Shown piece after piece: positions 12,701-25,500 of a DNA stretch of 64,000 bases. Numbering within the stretch: position 1 is the stretch's first letter; each line of letters begins with the position of its first letter. The notes below the pieces were generated by a model. The model was not told where the DNA came from and ran no database searches. It saw only the letters and a program-made list of their open reading frames with translations. The translations under genes were made by a program, and so were the position numbers. Source of the stretch: Orbicella franksi (lineage: Eukaryota); NCBI GenBank assembly GCA_964199315.1, contig OZ116712.1, positions 3,906,001 to 3,970,000 of the forward strand, written 5' to 3'.

Positions 12701-15700
12701 TATATTAACCAAGGGTACTACCAGCAAAGTTAAGATTTGGCATGCGGCATAAAACGGTGGACGTTTCAAACATTTTGAGGTACCCCTTTCATCAGTGGAG
12801 GTTTGCTGCAGTCATTTATAATTTGTCTTCAATAAAAATGCCACACAGTTCCTAAACTGCAACGTTCAATTTTGTGGCACCAAAACAGGAAAAAATTTGA
12901 TGACGACAAATTCAAGGTACAACGCAATATTTGTTTTCTTGGAGGTTTGGAAAAGGAATTTGCGAACCATGTCGCGCTTCAAGTCAACCACTTAAAGGAA
13001 CCACGTCACAGTTTGCATATATTGAAAGGTTTAGCCTAAATTCTTCAAGTTCGTCGTTTGTAATCCGTGTTAATCTTCTCTGTCCTTAACCATCCTTGTT
13101 CCTTTAAGGTTTATTATTATCTCTTTGGAGTTTCTCCACCTAAGTAAACAGCTATTTTCAGGTTTCCTTCAGTTTAAAGGTAATTTTGTGCACAACCAAA
13201 GTAACTCAGAACCCGTGACGGAGCTCCCTTTACAATCTCCCATTACGTGACGGTCAGCAACTTCACATTCCCTATTGCGTGGCGGTTAACACTTAACATT
13301 CCCTTATTGCGTGACACAGTCCCTTACCTTGTGGCTGCTGAACGGGATGGACAACATGCAAGTCCATCGGTTTAAACCCTGCCGCATGAATCAAGGCGGC
13401 GTCACCACCATGGAACTTGTTTCCGCGCTTCACTTGTTTTCTTTCCCAGTCTGACCAGAACACTGTGTCCTCAAACAGCGCAATGGAAAACGGTTGGCGT
13501 ATTTTTCTAGCATCTCTGAGCACGTTATAACGTTGAGAGCCATTGTAGTTACAGAAGCCAATGTAATCCAACTTTGCATCGATCCAGTACAGTCGTCTAC
13601 ATGGACAATACAAGCAAACAACTTGAAATTATCATTACAGAATCGGTTCGGTAGCACCATGTGTTAGAGACGAATTGATGGTAACTATAACACTAGGGAC
13701 TAGGGAGCAGGGATGGCGCAGTGGTGAGAGCGCTCGCCTCCCATCAATGTGGCCTGGGTTCGATTCCGGTCCGGTGTCATACGTGGGTTGAGTTTGTTGT
13801 TGGTTCCTGCCTTGCTCTAAGGGTTTTTCTCCGGGTTCTCCGGTCTTCTTCCCTCCACAAAAACCGACATCTCCAAATTCCAATTCGACCAGGATAGAGA
13901 ACCCGCATAAAAACCAGCCAAAGATGATGTGCCTTTCTCTCTATTAATTAATTTATTTTATTTATTAACGTTCGCACCAACCTGTTGGCGAAATCAAGTG
14001 TGATTCCGTTAGGCCACTCAATTGTAGTGTTGACAATCACTTGTCGAGAACTACCATCCATGTTGGCTCTCTCAATCCGGGGCTTTGACGAGCCCCAGTC
14101 TGACCAGAAAAGAAGCCTGACACAAAATGGAGACATAATTAATTCTTTCAATTATTTCTGATAAGGGACAACTACATCAAGGTTACACACGTCTAAGTTA
14201 CCCCCAAAATATGTCTGTTGCCATTTAAGATGAGAATTTCGGTGACAGGAATTAATAAACAGGACAATATTTTGCGTAAGATGAAATTCTGGTTAAGGCA
14301 GCCAAGGCAGTCTTGCAAAAACCCAAAACAAAAGAGAAAAAATTCATGCATAGGAGACTTGGTAAGAGCTATGTCACTAGTTTCGTCTTTTTATAACATC
14401 TTGTTTCATCTCTAATATGGAACCAAATTTCGATTGTGTCCAGTTCGTGTGCTTAAAGAAATACAACATGACGTTTCCCTTTCGTTATTTTGGGTAAAAA
14501 GGATTTTAGAAACAAAGCTTAGCTTAGCTGAAGATGGGGAATGTGTAAAAGAAGCGGCCACCTCACATATCACTTAGTACATAATTTTGAGCCGCATGTT
14601 GACAGCCAGACAATGTTTTGGCCAAAAGAAAATAAAAAAAAAGAAACTGTCCTTACCCATCCCTGGGGTCAACAGCAATCCCACGGGGAGATTTGAGGTC
14701 ATCCGAAAACAAAGCCATGCGCCATTTACCATCTAAGGTAGACACCTCAATTTGTTGGGTTTCTGTGTCTGTCCAGTACAAATGTCGACCAATCCAATCA
14801 ACAGCAAGTCCTGCAATAGATAAGTAAGACTTTATGAGATCAGCAATGGTCAGCCTCTGGTAGACTAGTTCCTATTGTACTCAGTACAATAGGAATTAGT
14901 CTACTAGAGGCTGACAGTAACTGTGATCATGATAAGCATTATCTACAAGAGAGGTTATGTCTTTAGAGCATTTCCATATGACAGGCTAGAATCACATGGT
15001 ACGAAAATATGCGCAGATATTTGACCGAGAACATAACCTGTACCAAGAGGCGAACATTTTTCTGGAAGTGAAGCTCAAGCTTACTAACAAAACCAAAGGA
15101 AAAATCGTCAAAAATAAGATACAGATCGTAAAGATTAGAGATGATTGCGACGAACGTCAAACGACGAACTTATCTGGCTACGTTACGGTTTGAGCACCTT
15201 ACAAAGTTTAGCCCACTTTTTTTTTCAAATTCGTCGTTTGTAATCCGTGTTAATCTTCTCCAACCTTAACCATCCTTGTTCCCTTGTGGTTTATTATCAT
15301 CTCTTTGGTGTTTTCTAATCTTAGTAAACTACTATTTTCAGGTTTTTTTCAATTTGCGTTAAAGGGGCTCAGTCACGGAATTTTGAGTTATTTTGGCCAC
15401 ATACAGAATTACCTTTAAATGGTAGGAAACCTGAAAATAACAGTTTAATAAGAGAGAAAAACACCAAAGAGATAATGATAAACCATAAAGGAACAAGGAT
15501 GGCTAAGGATGGAGAAGATTAACACGGATCACAAACGACGAATTTGAAAAATCGAGGCTAAACTTTTCAATATGCGCAAACCGTGACTGAACTCCTTTAA
15601 ATTTTTTTCTGGAGGTACCATCTGTGAAGAAACATATTGAAGAACATTTGAAGAAACCTTAATACTTTACCTTCCGACGTCAAAAGCCCTGTTGTTATAA

Positions 15701-18700
15701 CATCCTCACATTTACTGCCATTTAAGAAACATCGCACGATTTTATCACTGTTGACATCAGAATAGTACAGTCGTTGTTCCGACCAGTCGAAATCTATCCC
15801 AATGGTGTTTGATAAGCCGTCTAGCACTGTGGTATAGTTTGATCCTTGCCGAAGGTTGATCTTCCTTATTTCACGTCGAGTCGAGAAATAAAGGTACGGT
15901 GCAATTGCGTCTGTAAACAACAAATAAAACTGCTATCCAGATTGTGATTTCTACATCTTCAAGTTCTAATTAACAATTACACTACTCGCACGAGTTTTCT
16001 ACGAGCGAATTGTCAACGAGGCGTAGCCGAGTTCACTACTGCTAATAAAAAACGAGGGCGAGTAATCTAATTGTTTTTGTAGACACTCTAAAGGATTACA
16101 GCACAAAACCCACAATTTTGTGTATTTTTAGCCCAAAATTAATAATATCTTTCCAATTCAAGAGCAGTGCCCACGCGATCGTTGTAACATCTTGTGCTAT
16201 TTCCACAAGTCGAGCTAAGAATTAGTCTGAACTCCACCTGTGGCTGTTATCTTATAACAACTCAGAAACAGTTCGTTTTACAGAGGCGTAAAAGCGTACA
16301 GGATAAGCAGAGAGGTACTATGTAATAAGTGGTGGTAGTTTGCTGTTGCCTAATAGGTCCTTGGTGATTAATTCAGCGTTATAGAAGAAGATGACATGAT
16401 TAAGTACATCCTTGCTTCCTCGATCTTTCGGACTTTGGTAAAAGAAGCAATTCTGAAAAAACACCTTTTGACATCGTCGCCTGAGCATTTACTCTTGTGT
16501 ATGAATCAAAAATGGTATCTCGGGTATCTTGGAATCAACCTGAAAAGTTCCATAACTCTAATAAGCCTGCAAGATCCTGACTAGTTCTTGGGCAGTTTTG
16601 AATTTTCCATTCAAAGACACTACACGGATCTCTGTCGTGTTACGTCATCAGAAAGGGACTTTTCAAGTCGAGTTCCAGACCTCTTTAGCGGGAAAGACTG
16701 GCACTGAAAGTAAAGACGCCCGGTTTTTCAGGATTTCCGCTTACCTGCAGCTTTGCATCGCTTCATGTCAGATTCCAGTTTGTAGCCCTCAACGCACTTA
16801 CACCAGAACGATCCTCTGTTATTGAAACAATGCTGGCTGCATGAGCTGGGGTCCTTACACTCATTAATATCACGGCACGTCTTGTTGTCATCCGCTAAAT
16901 GAAACCCCTCGAAACATGAACATAGCACACCTGTTGACATCAAAGAAATAACTCAGTAGCTTAACAAGTGACAAGGATTAGTCGGTTGGCTGTTGTATCG
17001 TCGGGATTGGACCCAGGCTATGTAGAGCGCAGATACAAAAGCGCAGGGAAAACAAATGCACCGAATGCATCATCCTTTCGTAGACCTTTAACTAAGTTAA
17101 ATTTTACCGGCTGTCAATGCAGTAATTGCCTTCGACTTAATTTATATAGATATACGTCATTTCTAATTTAAGATATTAGCAATATTGTCAAACACTTTAA
17201 TCATTAGCCTCTGGCTAGGCGGACTGGGAGACCAGCCCCTGTGTAATTTGACATGAAATAAATTATCTTATCTTATCTTAAATTATCTTATCTTAGGGAC
17301 AGGAGGGACTGAACTATAAGTGTACCAAATACTATTGTCTTTAATATAGTATTAACCCTTGATCCCTTGAAAATTTTAATCTTTCTCCCTTATTCCCTAC
17401 AAATAAATTCCATTGTTCCTTAAAAAGTTCGGTCAAAGTTCCTTTTAATAGTAGAAATATCCCTTGTTCCCCCAAATTAATCCCAAAAATATCCCTTGTT
17501 GCCTTGAAATAGATGATCGTTCCCTTGTTCCCCCAACCCCTGGGAAGCCCTCATAGTATTGTAGAGAGATTTCTAGGTTGACATAAATTGTTTTCTCTTG
17601 TCACTTTATTCAACATTTGAATAAAGAATAAACCACGAGGGCTAACAATAAATTTAACTGACCGTTTAGGCTGCAAATTAAAGCAAAATTCCAGCATGAA
17701 CTAACCTTCTGGGATATCGTTGCAGACCTGAGAGCAGCCTCCATTATTCTGCTCACAGCCACCCAGTAGACATCCAACTCCCTCGTCGCTACCATCAGGG
17801 CAGTCTGTGTGTCCATCGCAGAATCTACTGTCCTCCACACACACAGAGGAATTGAAGCATTGCCGCTGAGTGGGGCCGCATGTCAAAGTAACTACCGCTG
17901 TGGAAAAAAGAACGTGTAGGATAATGGAGTTGCTTCTAGGGAGCATTAAAATAAGATCTATTACAAAGGTTTAGGATGTGTACATACAGATCAACCCCTA
18001 TTAAACGGCCCACCTCTGGGAAATGGATAGTGGCCGCTTAAAGGGGGCTGGACACTTAATAGAGGTAAAAACAAATAGAAAAGCCTTCAGTTGATTACTG
18101 GCCGCCTAATAGGGGTGGCCGCTTAATGGGGGCTCGACTGTAGCTTAATAGCATAATTAGTTACTTTATCGACTCTACGTTTAATTTTTTCAAAGAATTT
18201 TAGATGAACTGTAGCTATCGTGTATGTACTTTGCACGAAGTTTCATGTAATTTTAATTTTATTATGACGGTGACGGTGTTTGGATATCTAATCTTAATTA
18301 GCATAGATTTTTAGTTCCTTAGTTCCGTTTTAAGAAGATATATCAAACACTAGAAAGAGTGTTTCACAACGGTTCCAAACCCCTCGAGATTCGTCTAGGG
18401 TATCCCGCTGCATGTCGTATTTTCAACTCTCTTCTCTGTTTGGAAATGTGATGAAGCACTGTCTCTCGTCTTTGATGTACTACTTACAGCAATTTCGCTC
18501 ATCGCTCAGATCACCACAGTCATTATCGCCGTCACATTTCCACTCCGTCAGAACACAGCGTTGGTTGTCGCAGGTAAACTCGGTGGGGCGGCAAGTTGGT
18601 CTTGTGCAATTTGCATGTTCGTCCGAACCGTCACCGCAATCATTATCAAGATCGCAGACAAATCGTTCCGGGATGCATCGTGTGTTGTTGCAAGAGAACT

Positions 18701-21700
18701 TGTCGGCACCACAACCAGGTACAGAGGTAGCTGTAAATGAAAGTCAAATTCAGAGTTTAAGAGTTTGCAATATAACCTATAATTCTTTCAATGTTCTTTG
18801 ATCCGCTTGGTGTCTGAAACCAATCCTGTGGGAGTTGAACGCAAAGGGGTACCGGAACGAAGTGTTTCAAGGAATTTCGACCAGGAGAGTAGTGCGCCTG
18901 TACATTGGTCGCCTACTTTAAAAGAGCACAGTCACAGTATTTCGAGTTATTGTGGCCATGTACAAAATTACTTTTAAACCAAAGAAAACTACGTAGTAAT
19001 ACTACTTTACTACTGCGGTACGATAGAAAAACACTAAAGAGATGATAATAAACCATAAAGGAACAAGGATGGTTAAGAATGAAGAAGATTAGCACGGATA
19101 ACAAACGACGAACTTGAAAAATTCAGGCTAAACTTTTCAAGACGCGAAACCTTGAGTAGCTCCTTAAAGTTGAATTTGTCAAAATTAAAAAGTGTATCTG
19201 GATAAGCCAAAAGGCTAAGACAGAGCCGCTGGAAAATAGAAGTTACTCTTAGGCTAATTAAAAGGAAAACATAAAAAAAAAATCTAGCGTAATTTGGAGA
19301 ATAAAAAGAACCATATGGTTCAGGCAGTGCACTTTACACTGCAAAGCTGTAGCACAAATACCCAACACTTCTTGAAACAAAAACTGCTTGCCAATTAAAT
19401 CTTTTGAGAGATATTCTTCTAATATATGAAAGTTTGACTCTCGAACAGCCATTTGGGACACTAAATGTATGGCTCTTTATAAATCTCCATCACCAATACG
19501 GAATATCTTGGGCTGAGATCCAAGATGTCCATCCCCTCCCTCCTGCAATTTCACACTGCGAGGAGAGAGGCCAGTGTCTACGGGATGGAGATGATTGTCT
19601 GCAAACTAACTAAGTTTCTCCAGCCACAGCTGTATAAGGACAAGGAGAGTAAGAAGGCTCTGTCCACACTACGCCGGAGGAATTTGAAAACGGAGGTTTC
19701 ACTCTGGAAACGCATCAAATGTTTTCCGTCCATATTACGCCAGAGAAATTTGAAAACGCAACAATCACCGGCCATTTTGGATTTGTGTTTGAAAAACACT
19801 CGGGCAGGGAAATCACGTGATTATCGTGAGGTCATCGTTTTCGAAAAGCTCCGTTTTCGTGACGGATAAGTGTGGACGGTAGGTCTAACCGTAGAAATAT
19901 AGCAGCGTTTTCAAATTTCTCCGGCGTAGGGTGGAGAGGGCCTGAGAGTTAGTATGATAAAGAACTTACCGCATCCTGCTTCATCAGAATCATCTTCACA
20001 GTCACTGACCCCATCGCAGCGCCAGCTTCCAGTGATGCAATTTCCATCCAGACATCGGAATTCACGTTCTGAACACGTCATTGAAGGGCAACTCTGTTCA
20101 TCTGAGTTATCGCCACAGTCATCATCGCCATCACAGCGCCAGTCGTTCGGGACGCATCGCCCAGAAGCGCAGGAAAAGTGTTGATAGGAACAAGTGTGAT
20201 TATCTGGATCATTCAGTAAAAAAATAAGCTTTGAACACCACTCGATTTAAAATGCCACATTTAGCAAACGAATGGGAACTTGCCCATTTGCCCAAAGAAA
20301 TATATGCCAGGGGGACAACGCTTTGTACAAACGTGTCAAGTTTGAGGTCTCATATTTCCCTGAGTATGAAACGAATTCTGATGAAACTTCGCATATTTTC
20401 TAAATTTAGTATTAAGGACAAATTGATCTTTGTTTCTGTGAAAATGCGAAGAACTGTTGATTTTGCGCGACCTGGTCAAAATGGCCAATAGACCATTTTA
20501 CAGCTGTCTGTTCGGTGACCTTCAATTTGAATGGCAACGAGGCTGGAGGTGACCTTGTTTGGATACAGACCTCACTGCTTTTGTTATGGTTACCGTAATC
20601 ACGTTGTTCTTATCAATGCTAAGTGATTCGAGTTTAGACATTGACATAGACATAGACAGTGAGAAAATAAATGAGACAACGAGAAAACAAATGAGAAAAG
20701 CAGAGAGGTCCGTATCAAAGCAAGGTCACCTCCAGTCTTACTTGCATTCATAGGTCTGGGCACATAACTGTAAAATGGCTTATTATAAGTACGTAGAATT
20801 CCGAAAATAACGGACCCGTTACTTTCGGATTAAGCCGGCCAAAGGGGCCGCTACTTTTGGGTAGCCGTTACTTTCGGATGGTTAAAAACATTTATACGGT
20901 AACAGTCATTTCAGACAAAGCGGACGCCTGACACATGAAATTTTAAAAAGTTCCATTTGTGTGTTCCTAACTAGCCACATAAACAAAGCAGACTGTATAA
21001 ACAAATAAATGCCCTAAATGTTGGTACTGTAGCGCGAAACTATTATATCGTATTATATTGCGATGCAACTGATTACACTACAGTGTATCATTCGACTCTG
21101 CTGCCAGACAAATACAGCTCATCAATCATAGTTTCAAGAAAAATTCAGTTAAGTTCGAAATAAGATAATAAATAACTCTTCAAGTTGTTCAGTCCGCAAT
21201 CAGTCTGTTCAATCCGCATTGCGCTTGAGATCAGAAAATTTCTCTTTTAGTGAATTCTTCAAAGGGCCGCTACTTTCGGAGGGGCCGTTACTTTCGGGGG
21301 TACCGTTACTTTCAGGGTTCAATAAGAAGGTAAAAAAAATTAACGTTACTTTCGGGGAGCCGTTATTTTTCGGGGGGGACCGTTACTTTCGGAATTCTAC
21401 AGTAACTACATGTGAACAACAACTCTCCGAGTACACTTACCACATTGCAGCTCGTCAGAACCATCGCTACAGTCACTGAACCCATCACACCTCCAGCTGC
21501 TTGGAGTGCACTTGCCATTGTTACAGCGGAACTGCACATCAGTGCATGTGGCGGATGTACAGTTAGATTCATCCGATAGATCTCCTGCACCGCAGTCATT
21601 ATCTCCATCACAATACCAGTTTTCAGGTATACACTTGCTGCTGTTTAAACATCGAAATTGCTTCTCACTGCACGTTGCACCGGCTAAAATGGGAAGAACA

Positions 21701-22566
21701 CAACCTTGATTTCAATAACAGCTGCTGTATACTTACGACCGGTAAATTAAACACAACTTGAATGATTTTTTTCCTTGACTAATTTTAGCACTTATCCAAT
21801 TCTCTTACCAACGAATCACACTTTACAACTATAGATAAACTATGAGAGCTGACAAGAGCTCGCCGACCACATCCATGGGCATCCGTGACAATTTGGTGAA
21901 TAGTAAGTAGGTTTGCATACCTATAAAATTGCTTGCTTAATTTGACCAAAAAGCAAATACAAAAACTGTGTTTTCCGTGTCCTGCGGTTTCTAAATTCAA
22001 GTATAACTGAAGGGTTTTCGGTATGAGAAGATTTAGATGATACTCTTCTTGCTTAGACAACTCAAGTTTTGCATCGAGGTCTTCTTTTTAGTTTCTAGAC
22101 ATTTTCCTCTTGATATTTGTCTTGCTCCACTACTTTTTTAGAAAAAAAATTCGAGATACCGAGACGTTTTGCTAGCAATGTAGGGAAGCAATGCGTGCAA
22201 AAAGTCTTTGCGGATGTAACAAATGGGCTTATCATGTTAAACGACAAATTTTTAAAAAGTAAACCAGCTTTTACACTTACCACAGCCAGCAAATCCTGTC
22301 TCATCAGAGTGATCGAAACAGTCCATTTCACCATCACACCTCCAGTTGTTAGGAATACAAGCTCCATTTTTACAAGCAAATTTGTTAGATGGGCACTGAG
22401 GTGTTGGTGAGATAGAGACATTGACTAGAACGCAACGCAAAAAAAGATATTCTACAACCAGCATTTCGTCGACTACATGGTTAAGATACTTTGTAACAGA
22501 AACAAACCGGGTTTTATGATTGGTATGGATCCTATGCTGCCACCAACAACATCATCAACAATTTGT

Positions 22567-22599
<33 letters not shown>

Positions 22600-25500
22600 G
22601 ACAACAACAACGACAACAACAACAACAACAACTCTATTTTTCTCATTACAAAGAGCGTTATTAACAGTTAGATTTAAATTCAGGAAAGGTTGTTCAAATT
22701 AATGATAACTGTGATAATCATTTGTTTTTAATGAGACTGGAGACCAAATGAACCGTTAGGTTCTTGAGTTAATCTCCAGCCTTGTTATGTCTAATTGTAG
22801 GACAGGAGAGATGAAGGAAGAATTTACAGTTTACAATTTAGTTTTTAGGGAAAAAAATCACTAATTCGGGTCTTAATCTCACAGTAAGTGAAGCTATACG
22901 TACTAAAACATTTTAACTTTTCATGGTATATAGTGTTGAATTATACTACTAAAAAGTGAGAATAGTTGCATACAGAAAATGTTTGCCATTCTAAACTCAG
23001 AAAAGGTGCAGGTGTAGCAACACAAGCCATTCGTTCTAGGAACCTTGCACTTGCATAGCATTTCTATAACTCGTACGAAACACAAGAAATGTTACTTTTC
23101 TATTTCTTCTGAAATGTTCTCCTCTGCTGCTTCCCACATTTCTACTTACCAACACACGTTCTGTTACTTCCGTACTCAAAGTCCATACCATACGGACAGG
23201 CACAAGTGAAACCACCAGGTCGCAAAAGACACAGATGACTACAACCATCAGAGCCAACGCTATAAGGACTGCTACCTGCAGTTAAAAGAAGCAAGTTATT
23301 GTATATGTACGATTCAAGATACAAGGCTCAAATTACAACAGTGTCACATGACTAAGCTTGTGTTAAATAACTGTATGGGACCAAACTTGATGCTTCTGTT
23401 AGCTAGGATGACCTCAACAGGGCAAATCATGTTTTGTAGCATTTCCATATAGCAGTTAACAGAATAACACTATGGTGCCACGCCTCGAGAACTGACTCAT
23501 AATGTTATAAGCTGTGTTGATTCCTGCAGCTTGATACTGATAATTATGGCCTGCTGCTGATTTGTTGGGCTTCATACTGATTGTTATTAATTAACACGAC
23601 TTGTTAGTGATTAATGTGTCTTGTTAGTGATTGGTGCACCTTATCAGTGATGTCTACGTCTTGTTTGTGATTGTCACTACTTTGTCAGGTCTCGATAAAA
23701 GCAAATAGTTTATAACGCGATTGAAGTTACGACTGAATGGTAAAGCCGTACTGAGAAGAAAACAATTCCTAAAGTTGAAGAGATAACTAAACCGTAATGC
23801 CGTGAAAGGGTTCAGTTTTGCATAGCAGAGGAAGTCTTGACTTAAACGCAGTGCTGTAGAAGCGTAGTTGAGAGCGAGATGACACATACCCATTAACGTC
23901 AGTTGGGACTAAAACACTGAACTTTAGAAGTGCATCTTCATGTTAACGTAGAGTCGAAAATGCGCGCTGTTTTAATGAATATATTGCCACGTCTGAAATT
24001 GTCCCCGGTCTCACTCAAGTCATTCACAAAGAACAGTCTGTGGGACCCACCTGTTTGCTTCGCTAAATCGTAAACTCGGATTTCCATCAGCCCTTCCAAA
24101 CCTGACCTTAATACAACAACAGACGATGGATCGTTGATCTTTGCCCTTCGAATATCTTTACTAGTCCAGTCCGTCCAGTAGATAAATCCATTGTAAACAT
24201 CAAGACCAAAAGGATGAGTCATATTTTGCAGTACCACTTTGCGGTTGGAACCGTCAAGATCAACACACTCGATGGTGTCTAATCTAGCGTCTGCCCAGTA
24301 AAGTTTGCCGGACGTGTAATCAACGCTAAGGCCGTTTGGCCAGGTCAGACCGCCTCCTTGAACAAAAATCTGCCGTCCTGTTCCATCCATATTGGCCACT
24401 TCTATCTTAGCTGGGGCTTGCCAGTCACTCCAGTACATCTTCCTGTTCAAAACAGTGTAAATGAAATGTTTGACGGTACAAGCTGCATGCATTAGCATAT
24501 GCATAGTGATAGAGGTAAGAGTACATTCGAGCCTAGTGAACTAACAAGCCAGTGCTTACTTTCGTTTTCAACTGAATGAGGCGACTAATAAATAAAGCAT
24601 TTCTATTCCCCCTCGATGGCATGCTAGTCTATCAAAGTTGATTAGTTCCGTTTAAGAGCCAGGAGTTCTGGAATTCACAGTAGCTCTAAGATTCTCAAAC
24701 TCATTAATAATTCATCATGTGTAAACAAAGGACATCATGACCGTGATGGTGTTTGGAAATCTCTTCTTAATTACAGTAGCATGGATTTTTTACGATTTTA
24801 TTTCTCCGTTTTCTCCTTAGTTTTAGTTTCAAAATTGAGAAGATATATTTTAAGCACTCAAAACAGTGTTTGACCACATTATCAAACACCCTGAAGTTCG
24901 TCAGAAATGCTCCGCTGTGCGTCGTTTCTTCAACTCTCTTCTCGGTGTTTGGAAATGTGGTCAAACACGGTCTTTCGTGTTTGATATATTACTAATTAAA
25001 GTCTTACCGTCTTGTTCCGCAGGTGAGAAATTCCGAAGTGAAAAGAATAAACTTACCCCTCAGTTGGATGCAAGACAATGGCCCTGGGTCGTGCCACATC
25101 CTTATCAAATAAAACCTTCTTGAACGATCCATTTAACCTTGCTACCGCTACTTCATGTCTATCAGCATCTGTCCAATACAAGTTTCGACCAATCCAATCC
25201 ACTGCTAAGCCATCAACATTTTTCACTGATTTCACCAACACCTTAACCTTTCTGTCAGCAAGACTTATCCTACTTATGTTGTCTCGAACAATGTCAGAAA
25301 AGTAGATCATTCGCTCTTTGGCATCAAAGTCAATTCCGACAGCATTTCCAAGCCCTAGCAGAGGTGAAATAGCATCGCCTGATGCATTCACCTCTTTAGG
25401 TATACCTGCGATTTCCGATCCACGTGCATAAATCAGGAAAGTGTTCTGTAAATTGCAAGACTTCTTATCCTCGGCCAGTTGATAGCCTATCCTACAGCTG

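Noticed and set aside
13703-13790. tRNA-like sequence (also ~34283 and ~36620-36689)
   Set aside because: A and B boxes run into a shared non-tRNA body and tail in multiple copies, so these are SINE heads, not tRNA genes.
22477-22702. Poly-Asn and poly-Thr ORFs
   Set aside because: Produced by the (AAC)n microsatellite in an intron.
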